From NCBI GenBank assembly GCA_041736175.1, contig JBGSUI010000102.1, forward strand, positions 1 through 47,670: DNA of 47,670 nt, read 5' to 3'. A model generated the notes under the pieces. The model had not been told where the DNA came from. It saw only the letters and a program-made list of their open reading frames with translations, and did not search any database. Both the position numbers and the translations under genes were made by a program. Each line of letters begins with the position of its first letter. The stretch's first letter is position 1. This document shows, piece after piece, positions 18,856-29,015 of the stretch. This DNA is from Oligoflexales bacterium (GTDB lineage Bacteria > Bdellovibrionota_B > Oligoflexia > Oligoflexales > CAIYRB01).

Positions 18856-19863
18856 TTGAGTTCAGAGTCCCCCGGCCCCCGAGATCACGACCATCATGAA
18901 CACGACCATGATCACCACCATCATCACGACCATCATGATTCAGGAGTGATTCACCACCACAGCACTTTTTCAAACCTCAAGATTGCGCTGATCCTCAATC
19001 TATCTTTTGCCGTGATCGAAGTCGCTGGGGGTCTTTGGACCAACTCCCTCGCTATCTTGGCTGATGCCATCCATGACTTTGGGGATGCGACCGCCCTAGG
19101 GCTCGCCTTGATCTTCGAATACCTGGCGACAAGGAACGCCAATAGAAAATACACCTACGGCTACCGCCGCCTTTCGCTAGCATCTGCCTTGTTTACAGGG
19201 ATTTTCCTCCTCAGTGCGTCAACGATCGTTATTTTTAAAGCCATCGAACGCCTATCCTCTGGGCAGCCCGACCTCCCCTACCTTCCAGGGATGCTTGGAT
19301 TTGCCATCCTTGGCGTCAGCGTCAACGGCTACGCTGCTTGGAGACTCATGCGCGGCCAGACCCTCAACGAAAAAGTGGTTTCCTGGCATCTGATCGAGGA
19401 TGTTTTTGGATGGATCGCCGTGCTGATAGGCACCCTGGGGATGATGATTTTTAAGATCCCTCAGATCGATCCGGTGATCTCCCTAGGGTTTGCCGCGTTT
19501 ATGATTTGGAATGTGGCGCGGCAGCTTATAAAAACCGCTGGGCTCTTTTTGCAAGCTACCCCTGACAACATCAATTTGGAAACCATCCGTAAGGACATCC
19601 TAAGCCTTGAGGGGGTAGAAAAGATCCATGATGTCCACCTTTGGTCCCTGGATGGAGCCTCCCATGTGTTGACGGCCCATATCGTGGTGGCCCAGGGGAC
19701 TTCGCCTCAATCCTGCATCGACATCAAACGGCAGGTGCGGGCCCATCTAGACAAGGGTGGCTCCATCCATGGGACCATCGAAATCGAATGGGCCGACGAG
19801 ACCTGTTCGCTGATGAGCCCCCAGTGCCATCTCGACGACGATCATTCCACAAACAAACTCTAA
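18856..19863 (+). CDS. cation diffusion facilitator (CzcD/ZitB-like)
   Basis: His-rich N-terminus, SLAILADAIHD, YTYGY.R, HLIED, HDVHLW; in-frame TTG at 18856 behind GAGGAG. Confidence 0.93.
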   Translation: MSSESPGPRDHDHHEHDHDHHHHHDHHDSGVIHHHSTFSNLKIALILNLSFAVIEVAGGLWTNSLAILADAIHDFGDATALGLALIFEYLATRNANRKYTYGYRRLSLASALFTGIFLLSASTIVIFKAIERLSSGQPDLPYLPGMLGFAILGVSVNGYAAWRLMRGQTLNEKVVSWHLIEDVFGWIAVLIGTLGMMIFKIPQIDPVISLGFAAFMIWNVARQLIKTAGLFLQATPDNINLETIRKDILSLEGVEKIHDVHLWSLDGASHVLTAHIVVAQGTSPQSCIDIKRQVRAHLDKGGSIHGTIEIEWADETCSLMSPQCHLDDDHSTNKL

Positions 19864-19889
19864 ACAGTGTGCGGATATTCTATCTATCT

Positions 19890-20798
19890 CTACGGCAGGT
19901 TTTGTCCCATCCCGGCCTGAAGGATCTCCAGCCATTGCTCCCGATCGAGCTGCACAGCCTCGGCATGAAGCAGCTTTTCCAGGCGCACCTCGTTGGTCGT
20001 ACCAAGCACGGGGATTAACCGCGCGGGATGTTTGAGTAGCCACGCAAGGAGCAGAGTCTCTGCCTGTGTATTTTTGGCTTCGGCCATGGTTTCAAGCAAA
20101 GTGCAAAGATTCTGCGCGACCGCCGTCTGTTCGGTCCAGATCCGTCCGCCAGCCAGGGGCGACCAGATCATTGGGTGATAACGTAGCGTCATAGCATGGT
20201 TCAAGGTTCCATCCCAAATCGGATTGCAGTGCAGTGGGTGCAATTCGATCTGGTTGGTCAGCAAAGGATCCTCCAGTCGGGACTGCAAATAATCAAACTG
20301 AGAGGGAGTAAAGTTAGAAACACCAAAGGCTTTAACTCGGCCTTTGCGCTTCAGTTTGGTGAACGCTTCGGCGATCTCATCAGCATCCATCAGCGGATCG
20401 GGGCGATGCAATAGCAGTAGGTCCAAGGTTTCCAGCCGAAGATTTTTTAAAGATTGTTCGACCGAAAGTGTGATGTGCTGGGCACTGGTATCATAGGAAT
20501 GGACTCGATGCAGTGGCCTATGGGCGGACGGAAGTTTAATCCCACATTTGGTGATCACTTGCATTCTTTGGCGTTGATCTGGCCGGGTGGCTAAACCAAA
20601 AAGTTCTTCACACTGGTAAGAGCCGTAGATATCCGCATGGTCAAACGAAGTCACGCCATGATCAAGACATAGGTCGATAAGGCGACTGATCTGCTGTCTA
20701 TTGCCATTGATTGGAGAATCGGCGAAACGCCATACCCCAAAGGCGATACGTGATAGTTCCAAACCCTGCTTTTGTAGTTCAATGCGACTAATAGTCAC
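19890..20798 (-). CDS. aldo/keto reductase (YdhF-like)
   Basis: FDHADIYG, TKCGI, LLLHRPD, GVSNF, WSPLAGG. Confidence 0.93.
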   Translation of the reverse strand: MTISRIELQKQGLELSRIAFGVWRFADSPINGNRQQISRLIDLCLDHGVTSFDHADIYGSYQCEELFGLATRPDQRQRMQVITKCGIKLPSAHRPLHRVHSYDTSAQHITLSVEQSLKNLRLETLDLLLLHRPDPLMDADEIAEAFTKLKRKGRVKAFGVSNFTPSQFDYLQSRLEDPLLTNQIELHPLHCNPIWDGTLNHAMTLRYHPMIWSPLAGGRIWTEQTAVAQNLCTLLETMAEAKNTQAETLLLAWLLKHPARLIPVLGTTNEVRLEKLLHAEAVQLDREQWLEILQAGMGQNLP

Positions 20799-21067
20799 GG
20801 CTAACCCTCCTCCTGGTAGCAGATCAATAGATCATACCAAAGACATGCGCAAGGCTTTTGGAGACAAGTTTATTGACAACCTCCCAGAAAAATAACACCC
20901 ACCCTTAGCTTTTACACTCTTCTTCAGAGTCAAAAGTCTCTAGGCAGCTCTTGGCAACTCCCCAGTGACCTGGGTTCGTGGGCCGGGGATCAACCCCAAT
21001 ATAGGGTTAGATTTCAGTTACTTGATAAGTTTTTTGGGCGATTGGTGCCCCCTTCCTCTGGGGCTCA

Positions 21068-21083
21068 TGGAGTGTTTTTTGCA
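21068..21083 (+). promoter_or_regulatory. sigma54-type promoter
   Basis: TGGAGTGTTTTTTGCA, GG-N10-GC, about 63 nt upstream of ATG. Confidence 0.6.
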
Positions 21084-21146
21084 TACGACCAACCACGTAA
21101 CACCGTGAGGTCGATAGATTTGGTTGCTTAAAGGAAGAAAAACCCC

Positions 21147-22724
21147 ATGATCAGATCATGCACTTCAAAAAATATGTTGATCTTTATGATGACTTCACTG
21201 GCGCTGTTTAGTGGTTGCAATGCGAGATATTCGAATGATTCCGATCGACTCAGTAACGTTGCTACCCTAGGAATCTCAGAAACGGATTTACTGGGGTGCA
21301 GTGTTACTAGCTCGTTGCCAAAGATGATCGAAATCGACGGCAAAGAAATACACCATTCTTTTTCCGATCTGACCCCATGCCAAAGACGAGGAATGCTGAT
21401 CTATAGCGAGGGCTTAGGAGTTAATTTCGACAACCGTCAAAGGAGAGCTTCAGGCTTACTGCCAAGGGTCATGCGGTTTCTTAAAGTGCCGAAATCAACC
21501 GTTCAAATCAATGTTCGACAATGGCAAAAAAAGCAGGATGGACGGCATTTTGAATTTGTTGAAATCAACGGTAATCTCGATCCAATTTTACGCAAAAGTT
21601 TTCTGTATACATCCGAAACAGATGTGTATATTCCAGTCCATCCAGAAACAAAGGCTTTACCTGAATTAATCAAAAATTTGATGATTGCTAACAAAATAGA
21701 CTTGATTACAACCGATTCCTTTCTTCAAACCACAAAAGTAAACCATGCAATCGCAACCATGTCCCGCTCCCTATGGTCCTTCGATCCAACGGATTCCTCG
21801 GGCAGTCTTTATTCTGTAAAAATGGGTACCGATACCATCCACAGTGCTAAAAATCGGTCAAAGCTCATCGATATGGAAGAAAATCTAAAAACACAAATAA
21901 AGTTGGGAGCAGCTTCGACGGTCCAGGATCGCATCGAATCCATAGGCGGAGTTTTTCTCGCAGATACCTTTGAAATCCAGGTTTCGGCCACAAAAAGTGG
22001 TTGCGGAGGCTGTTTTGGCCCGAAAGTAACGAAATATTTTATTTCAATGAGGGACTACAGCAATGTGATTCAAGACAAATCAAGAGTGTATATGCCCTCC
22101 TTTCACTTTTACAAAGATCTCGCTAAACTTACTTACGGCAATAGGGAAGGATGGGGACTACCTTTTAGCTGGAGTGGACAAAATTTTGTTTTTAGTCATG
22201 AAAAATTAGCCACCATTCTGGCAGAAATAAACAAAAAGCTCGGCGAAATCATCGCGATTTACCATATGGGAGGATATTTTCCCCATTATTTGCACGGACA
22301 AAACCTGCTTATTGGGCTACCGTTAGCAGCAAACATCGACTGGAAGATTTTGATACGGGATGTCGCCGATGTATCACCAGCGAATCTCAAATCTACCTAT
22401 CAAAACTCCACGGACAGCAACGCGCCAGGAGACCCGGCCTTTCGACCGGTATACCTACAAAATCAAGCGGGTTCTGCCTATTCTACTCATCGGTCTGAAA
22501 TTAAGAATCTTTTTCCATCGTACCTGCGATCTATGGAATCCGCAAAATTCATGGACTCGCACGTTGATTATAAAACGTATTTAGACAAATTAAAGGGACT
22601 GAGTGGTCTTAAAATGCTAAAATGCAACGCGAACTACGAAGACGAACTCATTCGCCCCTTTTGGAGACAAATACAATCCAATGAGAAACTATACTGGAGC
22701 GAGGTTAAGCGCCTAAGCCAATAG
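21147..22724 (+). CDS. lipoprotein with IucA/IucC (NIS synthetase)-like motifs
   Basis: lipobox-like LFSGC; IPVHP, TMSRSL, SVKM, HGQNLLI, LIRD in the order seen in NIS synthetases. Confidence 0.6.
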   Translation: MIRSCTSKNMLIFMMTSLALFSGCNARYSNDSDRLSNVATLGISETDLLGCSVTSSLPKMIEIDGKEIHHSFSDLTPCQRRGMLIYSEGLGVNFDNRQRRASGLLPRVMRFLKVPKSTVQINVRQWQKKQDGRHFEFVEINGNLDPILRKSFLYTSETDVYIPVHPETKALPELIKNLMIANKIDLITTDSFLQTTKVNHAIATMSRSLWSFDPTDSSGSLYSVKMGTDTIHSAKNRSKLIDMEENLKTQIKLGAASTVQDRIESIGGVFLADTFEIQVSATKSGCGGCFGPKVTKYFISMRDYSNVIQDKSRVYMPSFHFYKDLAKLTYGNREGWGLPFSWSGQNFVFSHEKLATILAEINKKLGEIIAIYHMGGYFPHYLHGQNLLIGLPLAANIDWKILIRDVADVSPANLKSTYQNSTDSNAPGDPAFRPVYLQNQAGSAYSTHRSEIKNLFPSYLRSMESAKFMDSHVDYKTYLDKLKGLSGLKMLKCNANYEDELIRPFWRQIQSNEKLYWSEVKRLSQ

Positions 22725-22730
22725 GGGCTG

Positions 22731-23330
22731 TTATTTGGTCGCTTCGATCACGACGGCGGGAGGTACATTGCGACCCACAAACCGGTAGATGACCTGTCCC
22801 CTAAAAAGGTGTTTGATATACTCCCTCAGCTCGATATTTTTAGGCAGATAGAAGGTATGGGCATAAAGGAACGTCCGAAAGCTGCCGCCCGGTTTGAGCA
22901 TTTGAGCGATTTCATCGATGGTTTTAGCACTGATATCAAGGGGGATATTGGTAAAGGGCAGACCGGAAACCACCAGATCAACCTGGCTATCTAGGGGCTG
23001 TTTAAGCTCCCCTGGCCCCTGGCAGACCTCCGCGTGGGGGTATTGTTGGGCCATAAGGCTCATAAAGAACGGATTGATTTCAAAGAGAACCGTCCGTTTC
23101 ATCTTGGTAAATACCTGATGGGCTTCGTGGGTAAAGCTCCCCGACCCCGGACCATACTCGACGTAACAGTTTACCAACTCTGGGTCAATATTCTGCAACA
23201 TACTTTCTGTCAAAAAACTAGACGACGGCATAATCGCGCCTGTCTTGACTGGGTTTCGCAAAAACTGGCGTACAAACGCCCTGGTATGTCGCTTTTTAGG
23301 TAGATGATGTGACTTGATCTGTGACGCCAT
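22731..23330 (-). CDS. phospholipid N-methyltransferase (PmtA-like) SAM methyltransferase
   Basis: FLRNP..TGAIMPSS, VEYGPGSG, VVSGLPF, RNVPPA. Confidence 0.85.
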   Translation of the reverse strand: MASQIKSHHLPKKRHTRAFVRQFLRNPVKTGAIMPSSSFLTESMLQNIDPELVNCYVEYGPGSGSFTHEAHQVFTKMKRTVLFEINPFFMSLMAQQYPHAEVCQGPGELKQPLDSQVDLVVSGLPFTNIPLDISAKTIDEIAQMLKPGGSFRTFLYAHTFYLPKNIELREYIKHLFRGQVIYRFVGRNVPPAVVIEATK

Positions 23331-23401
23331 GGAGACCCCCTTAACTACTTATAAGCAAGACCCATGCCCGTGGGAAGGGGGAAAGCCACCTTTACCAGAA
23401 C

Positions 23402-24328
23402 TTAAGAACCCAAGGTTTCCCTTAGCCAGGTTTGGGCCAAAGCCGTGGCCTTGCGATAATGGAGGTCCACCTCCGAAAAGAGTTCGTGCTTGGCCCCTTC
23501 AAACCGGGTGAGACTGACCTTAGCGGTGGAGTGTTTTTGGATGCCAGCCACCCAGGCCTGAATGCCCCCGAGATCCACAACTTTTTCTTGGTCACCCACC
23601 ATGATTAGAGTGGGAATCGTGTAGGCAGCCAGGTTTTTAGGGTCGTGGCAGTAGTCAAAGGCTCTGAAGGTTGCGTCCAGCCACCCAAAGGTCGGGGACG
23701 GACAGGGATAGGGCGAGGCCCGGATCCGGCTATAGAGTTCGGGAGAGGATGTTAGCAGGTTTGAGGCAAAAGCTGCCTTTTCAAACTCTCCGACTGAGGG
23801 AATATGCACCGCACCGAGTCCTAGGGTGGTACAGAGCCGCGCGAGGGGCTTAGCGATCACGGTGGGGAGTGGCTTTGGAGGTAAACCCAAAAGCGGTGAC
23901 GACATAAGCAGGGCTTTAGGCTTGATTAAACCGTTCATAATGGCCGTAAGTACGATAAGGCCACCCATGGAGTGGGTAAGCACCACATAGGGCTGCCCGT
24001 GGGTGGCGGCTTCGATCACCTTAGCAGCATCTGCGGCGAGTTCACCATAGTCCTGGGTATGGGCCCGCGCCCCTCCAGAGGCTCCCTGGCCACGATGATC
24101 CCAGGTGATAAAACCTTGGTTTTTTGCGAGACCCAGATCTTGGGGAAGATAAGCATATTTCTCGATCCACTCGGTACGACCGTTAACAAAGACAACAAAC
24201 TGTTTTGGTTTAGTATCCCCCTGGGTCCAAACTCCATAGCGGAGATCCAAAACCCCCTGGGGATCACGGATGGTGCTGATGGTAAACGATTTAGCACTGG
24301 CCTCAATACGACTTAAATTTGCGCTCAT
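23402..24328 (-). CDS. lysophospholipase L2-like alpha/beta hydrolase
   Basis: GRTEWIEKY, DHRGQGAS, HSMGG, GAKHELF. Confidence 0.88.
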   Translation of the reverse strand: MSANLSRIEASAKSFTISTIRDPQGVLDLRYGVWTQGDTKPKQFVVFVNGRTEWIEKYAYLPQDLGLAKNQGFITWDHRGQGASGGARAHTQDYGELAADAAKVIEAATHGQPYVVLTHSMGGLIVLTAIMNGLIKPKALLMSSPLLGLPPKPLPTVIAKPLARLCTTLGLGAVHIPSVGEFEKAAFASNLLTSSPELYSRIRASPYPCPSPTFGWLDATFRAFDYCHDPKNLAAYTIPTLIMVGDQEKVVDLGGIQAWVAGIQKHSTAKVSLTRFEGAKHELFSEVDLHYRKATALAQTWLRETLGS

Positions 24329-25064
24329 CTAAATTAACCTCCGCAAGCCACCGCACCAGTTGCCGTGGGTAATTGGTACAAAGTCCATGAACTCCAAAAG
24401 TCTTTAGGACCGTCCAGAGCCCTTCCCGGTCCTGCTCCTCGCCTTGCATAGAAACCCACCCATAGACCTGGATTCCTCGCGATAGGGCTTGGTCCATAAA
24501 GTTTTCGTCGATCATATCAACTTCTGGATGGAGGATTCGAGATCCCGTCAGATTAAGAAAATGCAGGGGGGCATAGCTTGCAAACTGAGGCCAATTCCAG
24601 TGATCCCTTGCCAACAAACAAGCTCTTTGCAGCGAAGAAAAATGATCTTGGATCCATACCAGAGGCTCCACATGAAAGCTTGAGACGATCACCTTGTCCC
24701 TTAAGGAGTGCTGCCCCACAAGTTTGCCGACGATATCCGCAAGCTCAGGACGGGGGCCTTTAATCTCGATATTAAGCTCCACTCTGGGGAGCAGCCTCTC
24801 TACGACTTGGTCAAGAAAAGGCAGACTCTCACCATTCATCAGCTGGACTTTGGCGAGATCACTACGGTCCATCTGGGAAATATGGGACTCAATCTTAGCA
24901 AACTCCCTTAGGGAGTCGTCATGCATCACCACGGCGTGTCCATCTCGGGACATTTGCACATCCAGTTCAATGCGCTGGGCACCGCAATCAATGGCTTTCT
25001 CAAAGGCCGACCAACTGTTTTCCAAGGCCTCTCGGTTAGCTCCCCTGTGGGCTATCACTAGCAT
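24303..25064 (-). CDS. glycerophosphodiester phosphodiesterase
   Basis: IAHRG, ENS, IELDV..SRDG..VVMHD, LNIEIK, TNYP. Confidence 0.93.
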   Translation of the reverse strand: MLVIAHRGANREALENSWSAFEKAIDCGAQRIELDVQMSRDGHAVVMHDDSLREFAKIESHISQMDRSDLAKVQLMNGESLPFLDQVVERLLPRVELNIEIKGPRPELADIVGKLVGQHSLRDKVIVSSFHVEPLVWIQDHFSSLQRACLLARDHWNWPQFASYAPLHFLNLTGSRILHPEVDMIDENFMDQALSRGIQVYGWVSMQGEEQDREGLWTVLKTFGVHGLCTNYPRQLVRWLAEVNLDERKFKSY

Positions 25065-25274
25065 CGTGGTCTCCGCTTTCTAGGTCGGCTCTGCTTTTGT
25101 TCCCTATGCTACCCTTAAGGGTTCTGTTTGAGAAACGAATATTTTCCTGCCGGGGATCTAGATCGCCCAAAAAACTCAAAATTGGTCCGTAACCTCGCAA
25201 AAGCCTTTGGAATCGATGTCCTAAAATGCAACTATTGTGGCGACTCAGCCTATTGCTAACGGACTGGTTTCACC

Positions 25275-26348
25275 CTATTCACTATACAGTGGTCCAGTGT
25301 AATTACTGAAGGCCCAGAGTCGGTAGCCAATATTGCGCCAGATAAACGCTAGGTCTGGATCGTTAGGAAATTTCTCGCTCTCAGCATCGGCAAAATGAAC
25401 GTGCTTTTTCCCATATTCCCTAATTTCTTTTTCAATGGCGATGTGATCATCGTCTAACTTGTCCTTTTCGGATTGACTCATGTCTTCGCGATATAGCTGT
25501 GAACCAGCGTACCCATGGACCCTCTTTTCCAAATCCGTTATAGCTTCAAGATATTGGATCGCTGTACCCGGTATGATGGATTTCTTCTGTTCCAAATAAT
25601 CGGAGAGGCTTAACTTCTGCCTATAATATGTGAGAGGGTACTTCCGGTAGCGATGTTTAAAGGCTTGCATCGTGAGAATTTCAAACGGTTGGTCGGAGCT
25701 TGGGGACTTCTTTTGAAACACGAGGTCTTTATTGAGAACGTAGGCCACATGATCGACAGGTACACCCTTTAGGTACGGAATGTTTGATAGAACATCGCTG
25801 CCAAGCGCGATGACATCACCTTGGCGAAGGGCTTCGCCTGAAATTTTCTCCATAAGGGGCGACAAGGCCCAGGTGGCAAATTCTTCTGGTTCGTTGTTGG
25901 AGATACCCTGTGTATACCCGCTAGCATAAAAAACAGCTGTGTAGCACCGAGGGCCATCCGTTGGCGAAAACTTGCCAATGAGAGCGCGAACGCGTTCAGG
26001 GAGTTTCGCATTGTTGACATTAAAGATGCTCCAACCCTTAGGTATAGGACTACTCACGGAGGTCGGTGCCGGGGAGGATTTTATGTCCAGTGAGGCCAGC
26101 ACATATTCGGGTATTTTTGATTCCGGACCGGCAAAATAAAGGGCATTTTCTGGTTTGGAATAAAGAAAACCACCACCCGGATTGTTGCTCTCAAAACTCC
26201 AATCGTTGCCTTCAGTGGAAAAGTAGGTGAATACGGGATCTCGTTCTTCCGCACCATCAAACAAATGACTGGACTCAACTTTGGACCCGCAGGCATATAG
26301 AACGGAAGAGCTGATCACGGCAACCAGAGTATAATGGATAAACTTCAT
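25275..26348 (-). CDS. lipoprotein with papain/NlpC-P60-like Cys-His dyad
   Basis: lipobox LYAC; GPRCY, LRQGDVI, DHVAYVL..VFQK; start at MKFIHY behind GAAGG. Confidence 0.6.
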   Translation of the reverse strand: MKFIHYTLVAVISSSVLYACGSKVESSHLFDGAEERDPVFTYFSTEGNDWSFESNNPGGGFLYSKPENALYFAGPESKIPEYVLASLDIKSSPAPTSVSSPIPKGWSIFNVNNAKLPERVRALIGKFSPTDGPRCYTAVFYASGYTQGISNNEPEEFATWALSPLMEKISGEALRQGDVIALGSDVLSNIPYLKGVPVDHVAYVLNKDLVFQKKSPSSDQPFEILTMQAFKHRYRKYPLTYYRQKLSLSDYLEQKKSIIPGTAIQYLEAITDLEKRVHGYAGSQLYREDMSQSEKDKLDDDHIAIEKEIREYGKKHVHFADAESEKFPNDPDLAFIWRNIGYRLWAFSNYTGPLYSE

Positions 26349-26514
26349 AAATTTTCCTTCAAAGACATGTATCAATTTTTAAATAGCTAAGCCAATTGAC
26401 TCAGTTTTCTAGATCTGTTGATGGAGTTGACTATGAATTGAGAGCATTCATAACAAAATACATTTGTAGGAACTAAAAACGTTCGAGCAAAGGCCCGATT
26501 ACATTCCGGCTAGC

Positions 26515-26530
26515 TGCAAATTTCATTCCA
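26515..26530 (-). promoter_or_regulatory. sigma54-type promoter
   Basis: minus strand TGGAATGAAATTTGCA, GG-N10-GC. Confidence 0.55.
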
Positions 26531-26715
26531 TCAAAATATTCTTTAATATCTATTGTCATTGGTAAAATACTTATGCACAAATATTAGCCAATAGGCAAAA
26601 CTTGGCTGAGGGCGCTCTCCTGGACGAGCTTAGACTCCCTCATTGGCCCAATCCGGGGGGATCATCGATCTTAACCCGTCATTCATCGCTATCCCTCCCT
26701 TTCGTTGTTAAGAGC

Positions 26716-28347
26716 TTACTGGACTTCTGCCTGCCTTTTGGCCCAGTAATCATCATATTTACCTTCGTAGATACGTAGCTCGCCTGCCCTGATTTCGAAG
26801 ACTCGATTGACGATTTCTCTCAGAAAAAACCGATCATGGCTAACGATCAGCACCGTGCCATCAAAGCGCTTGATGGCGTCGAGAAGGATCTCGCGGGAGT
26901 CGATATCCAAGTGGTTGGTGGGTTCGTCCAGGACCAGGAAATTTAAAGGGCTCGCTAAGATAATGGCGAGCAAGACCCGACTCCGTTCGCCCCCGGAAAG
27001 GACTCCGATCTTTTTGTCAACATCGTCACCACTAAATAAAAAAGCCCCTAATAGATTGCGAATGGTGCCGACCGAGGCATCGGGAATGCGCATCGAGACG
27101 GTATCAAAAACCGTCTTTTGTGGACTCAGCTGGTCCAGGGCATGCTGACCGAAATAACCGACCGCGACACTCGGACCGACCACCACTTGGCCTGAGGTCA
27201 CTTGGGTTTCACCGACGATGGTTTTAAGCAGGGTGGATTTCCCGGCACCGTTCACCCCTGTCAGGGCAATCTTATCGAGACGGCGCACCACTCCAGAGAC
27301 ACCATGGAAGACGGGTTTTTCGCGCCCATCATCGAGGGTCCAGACTTTGGAAACGTTGTCCAACCGAACCACGTCGTTTCCGCTCCGTGGGGGAGGGTTA
27401 AACTGAAACTGGATGGTCTTGGCGATAGTAGGCTCTTCGAGTCTTTCGATTTTATCGAGCTTTTTAACCCGCGACTGGACTTGGGCGGCATGGGAAGCCC
27501 GCGCCGCAAACCGAGCGATAAAATCCTCCTCTTTAGACAGCATCTCCTGCTGGCGACGAAAAGCTGCGATTTGTTGCTCAAAGCGGATATCCCGCTCTTT
27601 AAGATAAAAGTTATAATTTCCAGAATAAACAGTAATGGATTTATTTGCGATTTCTACAATACGGTTGACCAGTCGGTTCATAAATTCCCGGTCATGGCTG
27701 GTCATAACGATGGCCCCTTTAAAGTTTTGCAGCCACTCTTCGAGCCAGAGAATCGACTCGATATCCAAGTGGTTTGTGGGTTCGTCCATCAGCAAAACGT
27801 CCGGAGCAAGGGTCAAAATACGCGCCAGGGCGATCCGCATCTTCCAGCCACCGCTAAAGCTTTCCACAGGTCTGATAAAATCCTCTGGCCCAATCCCCAG
27901 GCCCGTAAGGACGGCCTTAGCCCGAGGTTCCAGGTCATATCCACCCCGCTGCTGGTACTCCCCCTGGACATCTCCATAGCGGGTCATCAGAGCTTCAAGC
28001 TCATCGGGGGTTAGGTCCTCGCTATGCTCCAGCTGATGTTCGATCGTCTGGATCTGCGCCGCGAGATCCGAGACCCGCCCTGACCCAGCCATCACCTCTT
28101 GGAGGGCCGACCGACCGCGCATATCACCGACATCCTGCGAAAAATAGCCGACGACAGTATTGGGGAGCACCGTGATCGAGCCCCCATCGGGGTGGTCTTC
28201 GCCCACGATCAGCCGAAAAATGGTGGTTTTACCGGCGCCGTTAGGCCCTACCAGGCCGATCCGGTCCCCAGGACGGACCAAAAAAGACGCATTTTCATAG
28301 AGAACCCTTTGGCCCTGGCGTTTTGTCAGATTGGAAAGATGAATCAT
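26716..28347 (-). CDS. ABC-F family ATPase
   Basis: two ABC domains (GPNGAGKT, FSGGW, DEPTNHLD; GVNGAGKS, LSGGE), no TM segments. Confidence 0.95.
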   Translation of the reverse strand: MIHLSNLTKRQGQRVLYENASFLVRPGDRIGLVGPNGAGKTTIFRLIVGEDHPDGGSITVLPNTVVGYFSQDVGDMRGRSALQEVMAGSGRVSDLAAQIQTIEHQLEHSEDLTPDELEALMTRYGDVQGEYQQRGGYDLEPRAKAVLTGLGIGPEDFIRPVESFSGGWKMRIALARILTLAPDVLLMDEPTNHLDIESILWLEEWLQNFKGAIVMTSHDREFMNRLVNRIVEIANKSITVYSGNYNFYLKERDIRFEQQIAAFRRQQEMLSKEEDFIARFAARASHAAQVQSRVKKLDKIERLEEPTIAKTIQFQFNPPPRSGNDVVRLDNVSKVWTLDDGREKPVFHGVSGVVRRLDKIALTGVNGAGKSTLLKTIVGETQVTSGQVVVGPSVAVGYFGQHALDQLSPQKTVFDTVSMRIPDASVGTIRNLLGAFLFSGDDVDKKIGVLSGGERSRVLLAIILASPLNFLVLDEPTNHLDIDSREILLDAIKRFDGTVLIVSHDRFFLREIVNRVFEIRAGELRIYEGKYDDYWAKRQAEVQ

Positions 28348-28456
28348 TTCGCTAGCCTAAAAGGTTGGAGTTGGTGGTCGGGGGACTCGTAGCTGGTCCA
28401 AATCCCGGCTATTATGGCGAGATCCCCCCAAAGAAGCAATGGCCCAAGCTCGGGAG

Positions 28457-28484
28457 TTGACTCGGCCTGACCCTTCAGTATACT
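28457..28484 (+). promoter_or_regulatory. sigma70-type promoter of yajQ-ychF
   Basis: TTGACT-N16-TATACT. Confidence 0.55.
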
Positions 28485-28520
28485 CGGGACGCTTAGTAAC
28501 GCTGATCTGTGGGGGAATCC

Positions 28521-29012
28521 GTGCCGTCTTTTGATATCGTCAACGAAGTGGACCTTCAAGAAATCGACAACGCCGTCACCCAGGCCCAAAAAGAAATCGC
28601 CCAGAGGTTTGATTTTCGCGGCGGCAAATCGGAGTTGAGTTTAGATAAGCCCACCAAAAAAATCAAAATCATAGCGGACGACGAATTAAAACTCCGATCG
28701 ATCCATCAGATGCTCGAAGGGAAACTCGCCAAACGCAGCGTGGATTTGCGGGTTCTTAAATATGGCAAAGAAGAAGCCGCCTCGGGGGGCATCATCAGAC
28801 AGATGATAGAACTCAAGGCAGGACTGGAAAAAGAAGACGCCAAGGTGGTGATCAAGGCTATCAAAGATAGCCAACTCAAAGTCCAAGCCCAGATCCAAGA
28901 CGATCAGGTGCGCGTGACTGCTAAGAGCATCGATGATCTCCAGGCGACGATTGGTTTTTTAAAGGGAAAAGATCTCGCTTTTCCTATTCAGTTTATCAAT
29001 ATGCGGCGGTAA
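28521..29012 (+). CDS. yajQ: YajQ family cyclic di-GMP/nucleotide-binding protein
   Basis: PSFDIV.EVD.QEIDNAV, RFDFRG, KVQAQIQDDQVRVT..DDLQ. Confidence 0.95.
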   Translation: MPSFDIVNEVDLQEIDNAVTQAQKEIAQRFDFRGGKSELSLDKPTKKIKIIADDELKLRSIHQMLEGKLAKRSVDLRVLKYGKEEAASGGIIRQMIELKAGLEKEDAKVVIKAIKDSQLKVQAQIQDDQVRVTAKSIDDLQATIGFLKGKDLAFPIQFINMRR

Positions 29013-29015
29013 AAA

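Noticed and set aside
18880..18962. CAC/GAC/CAT-rich repetitive DNA
   Set aside because: Encodes the ordinary His-rich tail of a CDF transporter
27202..28014. 270-aa antisense ORF (similarly 4324-4956, 42795-43301 and other shadow ORFs)
   Set aside because: Antisense to conserved genes; typical codon-bias shadows
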